A stretch of 64,000 nucleotides of DNA, taken from Octopus sinensis (lineage: Eukaryota). A program made the position numbers and the translations under genes. Location of the stretch: the NCBI RefSeq assembly GCF_006345805.1, contig NC_042998.1:163866001-163930000 (forward strand), read 5' to 3'. This document shows positions 1 through 12,714 of the stretch, piece by piece. The number at the start of each line of letters is the position of its first letter. Position 1 is the stretch's first letter. The notes under the pieces are model-generated. The model did not search any database. It saw nothing but the letters and a program-made list of their open reading frames with translations, and was not told the origin of the DNA.

Positions 1-247
1 CTCATATAATAATGAGCATTGTGTTTTTATATATTTGTCCAAAATCACAGAGTAAGAGAAAGAGTAGTGTAAGAGAAGGGAGAGGAGAGAAAATAGTAAC
101 TCAGTGAAGAAGTAGTGAGAATAATAGTCCTGATTGAGAGAGAGTGAGAGAAAGTAATATATATATATATATACTTTATTTAAAGCATATTACTCTACCA
201 CTGGTATTTGAGTACTCTTTTTTCCCACCTTGTTTCACATTTATGTG

Positions 248-255
248 TTTACTCC

Positions 256-326
<71 letters not shown>

Positions 327-350
327 CTAAGTTTACAGGGATATATATAT

Positions 351-386
<36 letters not shown>
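248..386. repeat. (AT)n microsatellite
   Basis: Long interrupted TA run. Confidence 0.95.
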
Positions 387-676
387 AAACAATACTGGGA
401 GGATAAGAAACGAAGAATCGAACGAACCCGACGCGAAGCGCTGTCAGACAATAGTGTAATAAAGGCCTTTTCGTTTGTTTTTCTCGTTTGTTTTCTTGTT
501 TATTTTGATTTCTCGTATTGTATTTTATTTCTCGTTTTGTATTTTCTTTTACATGTATTTTTATCTTGTATTTTATTGTGCAGTTTTATTGTTACGTCCT
601 GTTTGTGCTACATTTTTTTCTTGCTCATTTTACCCCTCTGCGAGGTTATTTCATTTTAATTCTCTCGCAGGAAGGC

Positions 677-732
677 CTAGTATTGACGAGTCGTGTCCTG
701 TCTTGCCTTCGAAACACGCTTAAGTCTACTAG
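677..732 (+). ncRNA. Degenerate type I hammerhead motif
   Basis: Stem I CTAGTA/TACTAG, core TTGACGA (C3>U), GAAAC, GTC cleavage triplet; stem II poorly paired. Confidence 0.5.
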
Positions 733-1008
733 CGACAACTGATGATTGGGGAATTCCCTTGTGTAGCTTGTCCTGTACCTTTTTTCTGTTGTAAATAATG
801 TTTTTCCGTTTTCGTTCTCGTCCTGTTCCACGTCTCTGTCTTTCTGTTGTAAAAAAATGGCTTTTCCGTTTTCGTTTCTGTTGAGTTCTACGTCTTTTTG
901 TGGTGTCCTGTATTTACGTATATATATTTATATATGCATGTATATATACATGTAGATGTAGGTACGTACATATATGTTTGTATGTATGCATATATTTTAT
1001 TTATTACA

Positions 1009-1042
<34 letters not shown>

Positions 1043-1121
1043 TTTGTAGAAATACATAAATCCGGAGGAGAAGCACACTCTAAGATGTAGAGCAGTTAAT
1101 ATAATGGGGGAGGCTAGTTTA

Positions 1122-1184
1122 TTGGGTTACCCTGGGTTTCTCGCTCATAAGGGGTTTGGCCTTACGGCCTATCTTCAGACCCCA
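1122..1184 (-). ncRNA. Type I hammerhead motif (Penelope pseudo-LTR copy 1)
   Basis: Minus strand: TGGGGT-CTGAAGA-long stem II-GAAA-CCCAGGG-TA-ACCCAA. Confidence 0.7.
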
Positions 1185-3179
1185 AACACTGCTGGCCTTT
1201 TAACGAGGGATGTTGCTAATGAAAACGTCAACACTTTAATAATTGGACTGGTTCATTAATCCAGCGGCTGTGAATGACTCTTGTGCAGTAACTGACAATA
1301 ACACTCGTGTCCGTGCGCGAACAACTTTGTGTCCAAAGTTTTATTCAGGTGCGTAACAAACGAACTCATACAGTGAGTACATAATGTTCAATAATGTTAT
1401 CTGGGATGAAGAAAAGGTTCTGAACATCTTGCCATGTCCCACGATGACAATGAGAAAATAGAAGTAATTCAAGCTACAAAATTTACTTTCCCACAGGCAC
1501 TAGGCGTAGAATATCATAGCGAGTTGCTGGTGGGAAATAAATATCGAATCCATGTACCTGCCTTTCTCTCCGATGTTGACCTTGTCGTATCGTAGAGAAA
1601 GAGAAGTTCAATCGGAATACGCTCTTAAGTAGGCAATATGCTTCTACTGCCCTCTTATGTATCGTTTGCTAGTAAAGGGGGAGCTAACCAAGTTGTATTT
1701 TCTTAAAATTTCCTTGGATTCTTCTTTTAACATCAAGACTTTCTAATTTCTTAAGCTTTCCCTTCCACCAAAAAAAAAAAAAAAAATGGAATGCTTTGGT
1801 TTCAACTCAGTTTGAAATTTCATTCTTTTGGAGGAATAGCATGTTTTAAAATACTGAAATGATTATTTAGATATGAAGAAGGTGTTTTATAAAGTTTTAA
1901 TTTCCTTTAAGTGATTGCTTGCATTTAATTTCTACTTTCAGTTTGTGGTCATAAATGAAGAAATACCATTCATTTATTGTTATTCTTTGACTTGTTTCAA
2001 TCATTTGACTGTGGCCATACCGAGGTTTAACCTTCTATGGTTTAGTCAACTAAATCAACCTTAAGATAATTTGATCTGTCAATCTTTTTTGGTGAACTGC
2101 TAAGTTACAGGGATATAAACACACCACCACACCGGGTTGTCAAGTGATGAGAAATAAACACAACAGACATGCACACATACACACACTCACGCATACACAC
2201 ACATATACGCATGTGCGCGCGCACACACACACACATACACACACTCATGGAAGAGAGAGATGAAGTCTGTCAACTGCTGCTGTTGGAGACTGGAATTGGA
2301 CAAGCATTTAAAGAAACAAAAGGAATGACTGAGTATTTCTGATGAAAAGTAAAATTTGATGGCAAAACAGCATCAGGACAAGATTGGCTGACTGTGCCTT
2401 CAAATGCAATTACTCCAGCTGGGCCTGTCCTTCACTTGAGGTCTTTTGCAGTAACACCAGACTCTGTTCTTCCAGCAAGACCAAAGCAATGTTTTTCAAA
2501 TTCTGATCTATTGTCTCCAAACATTTAAAGGATGCCCTTGATGTTTAAACCCAGGTCAGGCCAGACTGAGCCATTCTGTATTTTTATTGAAGATGTAGGA
2601 CAACATTATTTAATGCGTCCTTCATTTTTAAAATGTTAGAGAATGGTGTGAGGGAGATTTGGCTGTTATTTCTAGCAAATTGAACAACCACAAAGATTTG
2701 ATTGCGTGATGAGATTTTTTTTACACATATATATATCAAAAGGGTTTTGTTAGGGGAGATTTTCAGTTTAAATTTTTCTGTTGTCGAACACTCATCGTTT
2801 TGTCAATGGACCGGAAGTTGTTCGCAACAGCACCAGTTAAAATTACCCATATACAACAACTTTAACACGAAATAACTTCTAAAACACAAAATTTTGTCAA
2901 AAACGTTGAGATTAAACCCTGTTCTATGTGACACATTCTACCAGTATCAGAAGTTTCAAAATGTTTAGTTAAAAAAAAAAAAGTAATTAAAAAATATGTC
3001 CGTCAAATGGAATAGATCCGAACTGGGCTTACAAAGAATAAGTCATGGGGTCGACTTCTTCGACTAAAACCTTTTAAGACGGTGCTACATCATGGCCACA
3101 ATCAAATGAGTGAAACAAATGAAAGAATAAAAGAATAACTGTAAAAGCTACAGATTTATTCTTTACATTGCGTCGACTT

Positions 3180-3560
3180 TGTTATTACAGTTTCTAATTC
3201 ATGGCCAACGTGAAAACTTTGTAGTGATCCTGTACAACGGCGCGCGCGCACCGCCCTTTTCTGTTTCGCGCGTGCGGGGCCGGTGCTTTCACCACCGGAA
3301 GAAGGAATTTGCTGACGTGGCGTTTGGCTTGTATGGCGAAGGGAGCGTAAGACGTTGACCACCAGCGTCCAGTAGGCAGTGACTTGAGACACAGCGACCG
3401 AAGGCATCAGACGTGTAATTTTCTCTCTCTGTCCGGACTTGATAGCAGCAGTCAAGAGAAGACTTTTAACCAGGATTTGTTGCCGACCACATCATTTTCT
3501 CTCCCTATTCGGACGCCATCTTGACCAGTGTTGTTTGCATTTGAACACTGTAAATTCTAC
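3180..3560. promoter_or_regulatory. CpG-rich promoter-like island
   Basis: Local GC/CpG enrichment; CCGGAAG (3295-3301; also 2811), TGACGTGG (3313-3320), YY1-like CAAGATGGCG on the minus strand (~3514-3523). Confidence 0.4.
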
Positions 3561-4479
3561 AGCGATAAAGTTCAGCTCTGACACATCCATGCCAAGCGGA
3601 ACCAGATATACCACTTATTTGTTACTGTCATAAGAGAATAAAGTAGATATATATTTTTTACGTCTGCGTCTTGTTGTTTCTGACTGGTAGAATCTGGATA
3701 TTAAAGCAACGGTAATTTGTATGCACCAACTGCACCTTAAAAGTGCAGTGAAGCTATGTTAGTTCCCGTTACAACTTATTTGTACGGTGAAATAAAATTC
3801 ATTGAATGTTTGTAAGGTGTTATTACATTATTTACCCACAGCCTCATGCATATCCTCCTTACAACATATAGGTACTCCACCCACAAGCCACCTCTAGTTA
3901 CAAAATTTCACGCTTACGAAAATTTTGTAGCAAGTACATGCTTGTTTAAGCTTAAATAGGCCAATATCCGCTTGTACACGCGTTTTTCTGCAAGTGATCA
4001 TATGACCTGGTTATATACCAATCTAGCCTTTCCGGATCTTATCTCAGCATGTGACAGACCAACCAAGCGCCAGAAATTTATATCTGCCCGCTGGGAGCCT
4101 ACCATCAGCTATATAAGGAGACCTTTCCTGCTATTTCTTTAGTTAGGTAGGTTTGCACGGTCGACTTCAGATCTTTGGCAGAGAACAAGTTTACTTCCCA
4201 AGCAGCCCCACTATTCTTTGGTGCGTATGTTTGTTCCTGCCATACAGCAGAAGTTACGTCTCATATATGTTTTCCTGTTTTACACCGCATGCATCATATA
4301 CCATCAGCATTAGAAAACTTTGCACATTTGCTAACAGTATATTTCAAGATGTATCTCAACAGCTTTGCCATGTTAATGCTCTTTTACGGCTTGACTAAAT
4401 CGTCGCATTTTATCATCTTGGTTTTTCTGTTCCTTCCTTTATATGCACACGTATATTGGAACTCAAACCAGCTTTATCC

Positions 4480-5080
4480 CTCAACACAACTTCAGCCGTT
4501 AAAAGTGTATAGTATCACTATTTAATTTCGGAATACAGTCTGTATTTCGCCCTTGCGTAAAACTGGGATATATTCTTAACAATTAAAAAAAACTACACTC
4601 TCTTCATCAAAACGCCGATTTCCACAATTATACACAGTTCCTCTTCTCAATCTCAAATCATTATATCAGGTCTATTGTATTTACATTTTATTGAGGTTTT
4701 CTCTGGGACATTCCACCAGTACTCCTTTTTATCATGAATAGCTATGGCTTCCACCATACTGTGAGTTTTTATTTCTTTGTCCTTGGGGTTATCCTTCCGA
4801 CGGATTTCATTGTAGTATCCTATCTACAACATCATGTCTCATTGGTAGATAATACCGTGATGACATTTTCGGACAACTGCTTATGATATCAATGATATTT
4901 TTGATGTTAACTCTACAAAATCTGCATCAGTTGTCACATTTTGCAGCACTTCCTGCAACTCTGTCCCTTTTGTGCATTAGGTATTTGGTTAATGTATCTT
5001 GCTCTTGGATTGCAAACACATACCCTTCAAAGTGGGAGTTAGTAGTCCGGTTGTACAAGTGCACTTTTCCCGAACTTATG
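4480..5080 (-). mobile_element. Decayed RLE LINE 3' fragment (R4-like clade)
   Basis: Hand translation of the minus strand: SHFEGYVFAIQEQ, CRFC...IISSCPKMSSRYYLPMRHDVV, EYWWNVP..TSIKCKYNRPDIMI...IVEIG. Confidence 0.75.
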
Positions 5081-5120
5081 GACTCTTAGACGGCTTACAC
5101 ACACACACAGAGGATCGTTT

Positions 5121-5862
5121 TTAGAAATACATAAATCTGGAGGAAAAGTACACTCTAAGATGCAGAGCAGTTAATATTATAGTGGGGTAGACCGATTTAT
5201 GGGGTTACCCTGGGTTTCTCGCTCATTAAGGTTTAGCCTTATGGCGTTTCTTCAGACCCCAAACACGTCTGGCCTGAGATCTCTTTAAAGTATGGGGGGG
5301 AGCCTCGTTTTGAAGGGTAAAACCCTACCCTATTATTCTCCCTTTGCCATTGTCCGATCTTCGGCCGTGTTACCATCTTGCGGTCACCAAAGCACCACAA
5401 ATGTAAACGATTGTCTCCCTTCGGGTTTGGCTATTGTTTTCTGGCTGTGGTGCCGCCATGTGGATTAAAAAAAAACCGCCAGGAATTTTCTAAAATGCAA
5501 GCATGGTCCGAAAATCTCCGTCCTGGAGTTGAGGATGCCCTCTGGCACGAGCAAGTCTTTAAGGATCCTCGTGCGTTAGGCAATGCATAACTTGAACCGT
5601 TTCATCCTGTTGAAGTAGGGACATGGGTTCTTGAGTATTTTCTATGCAATCAAGTATGGAATCTCTTCATCTCGTAATTGCCAGATATAGCTGGCCAGCG
5701 ATGTCGCATATCTCCTTTCTGGGACTCTGAAGGACAGATAGTTGGAAATATGCTGTTTGAGAGAGTTCCCAGTGCACTCCATGAACTTCTGTGGGTGCAT
5801 GATGTCGTTGCGCTTGTTGCTGTTACCCAGGGTAACCCCATAAACCGACCTATCCCATTATA
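5121..5862 (-). mobile_element. Penelope-like element remnant: GIY-YIG C-terminus, 3' UTR/pseudo-LTR with hammerhead, short inverted terminal piece
   Basis: Minus-strand translation PERRYATSLASYIWQLRDEEIPY...KILKNPCPYFNRMKR.KLC...ILNSRTEIFGPCLH; ~150-bp block 5121-5274 is also present at 1045-1197. Confidence 0.7.
5200..5261 (-). ncRNA. Type I hammerhead motif (Penelope pseudo-LTR copy 2)
   Basis: Minus strand: stem I TGGGGT/ACCCCA, CTGAAGA, stem II CGCCATAAGG-CTAAA-CCTTAATGAGCG, GAAA, palindromic stem III ACCCAGGGT, GUA triplet. Confidence 0.75.
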
Positions 5863-6206
5863 ATATATATATGTGTGTGTGTGGTGGTGCTTAGTTCAGA
5901 TTTACAGAAAACGAAAAGTAGTTTGATGTCCAGGAAGAATGGGAAAGTCTTTGGCATTTTAAACCTATGCTCTTCAACAGAAAGAGTTGAGAGGGAAAAA
6001 AACGGACAGAGAATAAAAAGAAAAAAACGGAGAAATAAAGAAATGTGTAGGGATCAACGGGTCAACATGATGAAGTGACTGAATGAAAGAGGCTGAGTGA
6101 ATGGGAGATAATAACGGTGACCTGGCTGAACTAGGGTGCACATGTTAGAATGGCGTGTGTGAGTGTGTATGGGTGAATGATGGCGAACAGGTTTAAATGT
6201 ATGTGG

Positions 6207-8515
6207 TATCGTGCGTGGGAAATGAAAAGAGGTTCACCTATCTTCCTCTCTCGTTGATGCCTGTCTAGCAGTAATCTCTCCGGCGATCCTGCCCTACCCC
6301 TGTTATCAAGTATAAGCAGCTGCTATCTTACCAACCCAGGAGCGAGCGAATTCCCTGACGTCCGTTCACGATGCCTCTAGCAGGCAAAATGAGGCTGACG
6401 CTCGCTTCTCTCTCCCCACTTCCATCTCTCACGATTCCTCTTCTGGTCAATCCGTTGACTATTGACGTCATGACCTTCTTTTTCCGGCTCATCTCCACAC
6501 GCCTCCCCGATCTCAAAGATCACCTCCTCACTTCACTCCATGTCGAAATCTACCACCCATCCGGGTGGGTGCCTTGCCCGCTGTCATCTTCTTAAGTTGG
6601 GAACCTCATTCTCTTCCTCTTTTCCACAATCATCATCCGACGAAGCGACAATCCTACGAACACCTAAGACATGACGTGGTATTCTATCCACAGAAATGTT
6701 GTATTGGAACTGACAGCCGTCACTATTTCTCTGTTCCACTGAGTTGTGCAGCGTGCTTTTGGGGGCTTGATCCAGACTTCATTTCCCACGTCCACAAAAT
6801 GGGCTCCCTCTCTTCTACAGGGCATCTCGATGATTTACTCGGATGCTTCCATTCATATTTGAATATTGTTCTATGTGGCACGGACTGTTTGGCCTGACCT
6901 GATCGAGGCGACATGTACCAGAATACTTATTCCAGTGGCGAGATATGGCCTTGATCATTCGATGATGTCTCTTCATGACCCCATTTCCACTCGGCTTGTA
7001 TGCCGCTCTGAAAAAGCGGTGCACTTTCCACTTGTCGAGCATCTCATTCAGCGCCTCCGAACGAAACGCTGTGCTGTTGACCATCAGCAATTCATTCACA
7101 AAGACCCGCTCTAAGAATACCTCGTTTAGAATACATGCCATTTCGTCCGCAGTGCTTGCCCTCAATTCCCTCGAAATGGCCATCCGATCCGGTCCACAGT
7201 CGACCATCGAGAGATACGTCCCCTGTCGGTAGTGCGTTACATCCACTGCTAGTCGTCTCCAGTTGTGTTCTACCAAAATATTTCCTTGCTCATGCACACC
7301 CGGAGCAGGGTCGATGGATTGACACTTATCAAAATTCCTGACCGCCTTTTGGATGCTCCGTCTAGTAACATCAGCGTCAATCTTCCTGGCGAGATACAGG
7401 GTCCTATCCACACTCATATAATACATGGCATGCAGTCTCGGAGTCATATAACCGACACAGCGCCTCTACTCGTTCGCGGGGTAGGTTTGAGAGGCAGTAA
7501 CTTCTCCGTGGCCTTTTCCCTGACCGCAATTTTGGGCAATATGCCCAATCTGTTTGCACCGGAAGCAAACTGGTCCGGGCTCTGCGCACTCCCTGGCACT
7601 TAAAACACCGGCCTGTGAACGGTCGCTATCGTTCCACAGCAGGTCTCTTTTCGTCATTCACTGGCCATCGTGGGCTTCTACAACAGCCATCACCACTGCC
7701 TTCCACTCGGTGTTTTGTGTCAATATGCGGGCTTGAACGATGAGCTCGCTCATCGCCATTTCGTTGCCGCCTGGCAATTGTTGTAGCCGCATCAACATGT
7801 CGTCGGGAAAGCCATTCACAAAGACCAGTCGTGCACCTTTCCCAGTCCCTCTCCGGTGAGACCAGATAAAACAGCCAACCTCCGTACCTCCACAGTATAT
7901 TCGTCAACCTATTCCCCTGTCCATTCCCAGCTTAGCAAAACTGGTGTACTCTCCCCCTGTGTAAGCCGCTCTCAAGCGCTGCTCAATCTTGTTCTTCTTC
8001 ATTCATTTTGAGGTACTGTGCCAGCGCGCTCCTCTCTAAATACAGCGCCATGAAGCTTGCTACATTTTCGATGCCTTGTAGTCTGGTTACAACTCTGACC
8101 TTTTGAATACAAGCTATTACGTCTCCTTCGCCATAGAAAGGTCTGATGACGTCACTGCCGATCTTATCTTCACTGCTATCATATATTAGGGGACTAGGAT
8201 GTCTGTATATGATTGCCGAAATAGCTTGTCGTGCGTGGGAAATGAAGAGAGGTTCACCAATCTTACTGTCTCGTCGACGCCTGTCTAGCAGTAATCTCTC
8301 CGGCGATCCTGCCCTACTCCTGTCATTCAGTATAAGCAGATGCTATCTGACCAACCCGGGAGCGAATTCCCTGGCGTCCGTTCGCGATGCCCCCGGCGGG
8401 CAAAATGAGGCCGATGCTCGCCTCTCTACCCCCACTGCCCCTCTCGCGCTTCCTTTTCTGGTCAGTCCCTTGACCCCTGACGTCATGACCTTCTTCTTCC
8501 GGCTCATTTCTACTA
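6207..8515 (-). mobile_element. Ty3/Gypsy-type LTR retrotransposon, non-autonomous (gag + integrase, no PR/RT/RH seen)
   Basis: Diverged ~290-bp LTRs at 6207-6499 and 8227-8515; apparent GTGG TSD (6203-6206, 8516-8519); purine tract GGGGAGGCG before the 3' LTR; gag knuckle CFRCKQIGHIAQNC; integrase LAVDVTHY...GNGVMKRHHRMIK. Confidence 0.85.
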
Positions 8516-11500
8516 GTGGGCAAGCTTAAAATTATATGGGCCAGCAGGCGAGTGCGTGTGAATATATGTGGGCGAGCTTAAAATTATGTGCGCCTGTGTG
8601 TGTATGGGAGCGTGTGTTAGTGTCTGTATGGAGTTTTGTACGTCTCATGTGTTTGTGAGTGTATGTGCGCGTATGGACTGGTGTATATGCACGTGGGGCT
8701 ATCATGTGTGTATGTCCGTGTGAATATTTACATGTATCTGTAAAAATTAACACGTCCTTCTCCAAGCCTTAGATTCAAACCCGTATCTAATAATTCTCGG
8801 TCGTCCAAACCACCACGATCAACAGGTGCGAAAAAAGGGTTTTTTTCTTGTCGTCAAAAAGTGATTGATCATCTCCCTTTGACCTACCACCTCAGCCATT
8901 TCAGGCAAAGTTCAAATGGACAGGAGCTGACCTATTTAGGCACGATCTCTGCTGCAGTATGTATGTCCTTCTAGCTGCCACGATTGTTATAAATACGGTG
9001 GTCAGCAGAGGAACTGACAAGAGAGGTCTACATGCCGACAGAAAGTTTTGTCAGACTGCAGAGACCGAGAGAAATGATATAATCGACTTAATACCTATGT
9101 CTGTCCTTGTTTGTCCCCTCTATGTTTAGCCCCTTGTGGGTAATAAAGAAATAGGTATTTCGTCTGCCGCTACGTTCTGAGTTCAAATTCCGCCGAGGTC
9201 GACTTTGCCTTTCATTCTTTCGGGGTCGATTAAATAAGTACCAGTTACGCACTGGGGTCGTATTTAATCGACTTAATCCGTTTGTCTGTCTTTGTTTGTC
9301 CTCTCTGTGTTTAGCCCCTTGTGGGTTGTAAAGAAATAGGTAGACTACTGTCTTAGATGAACTACGCACAAACATATTCATTTCTGACATAATCACTTCC
9401 ACAGATGTACCCTGTTTCTATTTCTCGCAACTCGTAGCAGTTGTCAACATTTGCATGTAGTAAAGAATTATGTGTACCAACGACAAATTAAGTCCAGTGA
9501 ATAAATTATTTTAACTATGAATTGATTCATTCATTTCTTTACTTCAAAGGCATCCACATTCCTATTGCATCTGTTCACCAGATTCACAATTAACCACTAC
9601 ACATCTATCTATCTGTTGCATAATTTCTTGCACACTTGTCATTTATTAAATTTCATACTATAGTACTACTATGCCTAAGCGAAATATAAAACATCTATTT
9701 ATCTAAATAGAGAGAGAAAAAAGAAAGAGGTATAGCAAGAGTGCATTATAGTCATCGTTATCATCACAATGCTCTGAAGTTTATATGAGTGAGTAGTCTC
9801 ACTGCTTACCCTGTCAAACTAGGACTATTCTTGTTACGCCTGAATCTTATCGTGTGAGTTTTGATTATTCTCTTAGTTTTTTTTTTAACTGTTACTCTTC
9901 TGGTGAGCAAAATGATTATGCAATAATAATTATTTATTTATTCATTTTATATAAGTAATTAGTTATATATTGTCATGTCAGTAGATTTAAATAGTGTTGT
10001 AATTTGTTTAGCACAGATTTTGTAGTAGACGTAATATCAACTGTCCTCTGGTTGTTATACATAGAAGGAAAGAAAATGGAAAAACTGGATGTATGAATGA
10101 TTTATTTGTTGAAAAGTTTTTTTCAAAAAACAGCAATAACCTCCGCTAAGGCAACACCAACGTCCTCTCAACGATTAGCCGGAGATGATTTTTAAAATGA
10201 GAATATCTGAAATAAACTCGACTGCTCTCACAAACGAGAATATTAAAAATGAGTCCGACTGTTCCCTAAAGTTAAGTAAAAAAAAAAAACACCGGAAAAA
10301 TAATCCAGAATCCTTGCACGGTACCGAATCGATCCCAAAATTTAATCAGTTCGAGCCAGTCACGATGTCAAACATTCCTGGGAGTTTCATCCGAATCCAT
10401 CTAACCGTTCTTCAGATATCTTGTCCACGGACAAACAAACACGACTGAAAACTGTTGAGGGCGGGGGTAATAAATTATAAGTTGTAAAGTTGTTGAGTGC
10501 AATTCGAAAATTTGGCTGCTTTTTCTTGCAATCGAGAGACGACGTCGAGGTTCACTTGGAGGCACGACTAGTGGCGATGGAAGTTTTCGTGTCAGGCGTG
10601 ACTAGGGTGCAATTTGGCTGCCATCTAAATATTGCAGAAATATTGCATCGAATAAAGGTGTTGACTTTATTCTATTCATCCTGGGATGATGTAAGCTGAC
10701 TTAGACAGGAATTAAATATCAAAAACGAATTTATTATTTTATTGAAGTATTACTTATCTCGGCAAATTACCTCAGATTAATGAATGGGTTTATTTTTTTA
10801 AAGAGTCACTAGTCCTAGGGGAGGAAGTCTTTCGGCCCCTCCCCCCATTTTCTCCTAAATTTGTTTATTTTTGTAATTTTTTTGCCAAAAATCCCCGTTT
10901 TCGGATACGGAGGTTCTGGAAAATTGCCAAAAATTGGCTTTGAGAAATCTCCCCTTCCTCCACCCCAACTTCTTCAATTTTGACTTTCTTCCTCAACACT
11001 AACCCTAAAACTCTAGCCTTAACCCTGAAACCCTAACCCTAAAACCCTAACCTTAACCCTAAAACTGTAACTGTAAGTACAGAAATGTTTTGAAATTTTT
11101 TTCAGAATGATAATCTACATATTTTTCTGCATTTTGAAAAAAAAAAAAAGTTAAAAATGAAGGAAATGAAGGGTGGGGGTGTTAATTTAGAAATGTCGAT
11201 TTTTGCCAATTTTTCTGCAGATTCGTCTTCCCCGTAGCTGAAAAGAGGGTCTATGTTTGAAAAAAACCCCCAATTTTTTAAGGAAAAAGTGGTCGGGCGG
11301 GGGTGGGGGGTGTCTTGCCCAAGGGGTCTTCAGAGATTTTACGGAATCTAAGTGAAATACCCCCAAAATTATCAATTGCTAAAAAAGGGACTCTATGTGT
11401 GTGTGTGCTTGCATGCGCATATATGTATGTCTTATACTTTTTAACTTGTGTAATGAAGTTGTTTGGTTAAGGTATTGGTTGCACCGTTACTTAATATGAT

Positions 11501-12714
11501 ATCATACCTTGACGGGCAGGTGTGATATAATTGAAGGAGCATGCTAGGTTAAGAAAGTTAATTTCGGCCTGTATGTATGTACACATTCTTATTGTAGTAG
11601 TAAACCACAGATAGTGGTAGAATGATGTAAGAGAAAAAAAATTGAGTGAGTGAAAGTTATAGAGTCGAGGGAAGTTGTGTAACCTTTCTCCTTCAGGCTG
11701 TTTATACTTTAGTGGCTGTCTGCTTGGGGTCATGACTCTATTTGGTCTTAGTTCACTGCCTCACCTAATTCTAGTATTTATAACTATGCAAAAACCAGCT
11801 AGAAGGATAGACATATTGTTGAGAGCAATAGATTTCGTTGGTGGTACCTGTTATGTCTATTCTAACTTTTGGTGGCCTAGAAGAGGTTAGAAGGGTCAAG
11901 TGGCAATGACATTATTCTGTTTAGAGAAGGCATCTGGCAAATGTAACTACTGTCACTCACAGAAAAACTATTGGGCTGGTGCATAATTATTGCGGCTTTT
12001 ATTCAACAAAAACAATAACAACATGTAACAAAAACCCCTTTAAATGATTATTCCGGAGCATATTCACCATCTACTTCAACTTCTGCTTTCCATTTGCTTG
12101 GCAGATGGTCAAACCGCCATTTAAAGATGTTTTTGTTAAATATTGTTATTGTTTTTGTTGAATAAAATTTGTTGAACAAATGCCGCAATAATTATGCATC
12201 AACCACGAGAAAAGTGTTGTTGAACTGTTATGTGAAATTTGGTGATCGAGGATCGAATCCACGCCATGCCTGCATGAAACCATTACACTTTCAGTCATTT
12301 GAATGCGGCAATGCTGGGATACCACCTTGAAGGGTTTTAGTCGAACAAATTGACTGAAATTGAACAAATTGAACTGAACCTGAAACCATGTAGTTGCAAA
12401 ACAAGCTTCTTATGAGTACAGCCATGACTATGCATTTAGTATTGAAATAATAGGAGGGGAAAATGTTATCAAGAATTAATCTGGGTCACTTTTCACATTG
12501 ACTGAAATAGCACACGAACACAAAGAACAGAAAAGATTAAGAAGAAAAATAGCAATGTGTTTGTTTTGGTAAAAGAGCATACTAGAAATAAACAAGTCGT
12601 TAGAGGTGTCGTCAGAGCAGGATTAAGAATAAAATTTAAAATTTGTTTCTGTATAATGACTATTGCAATCTGCTGGGTGTTTTTGTATCATATATGTAAT
12701 ATTAATAGGTGCTG

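Noticed and set aside
144-451. YI/IY-, CV-, TH-, LSVC- and poly-amino-acid ORFs here and at ~37500-42800, 45856-46250, 47237-48557, 49536-49945, 51338-51610
   Set aside because: Translations of microsatellites
10998-11065. Ancestral telomere fusion site
   Set aside because: Short, degenerate, single orientation and inside a fold-back repeat
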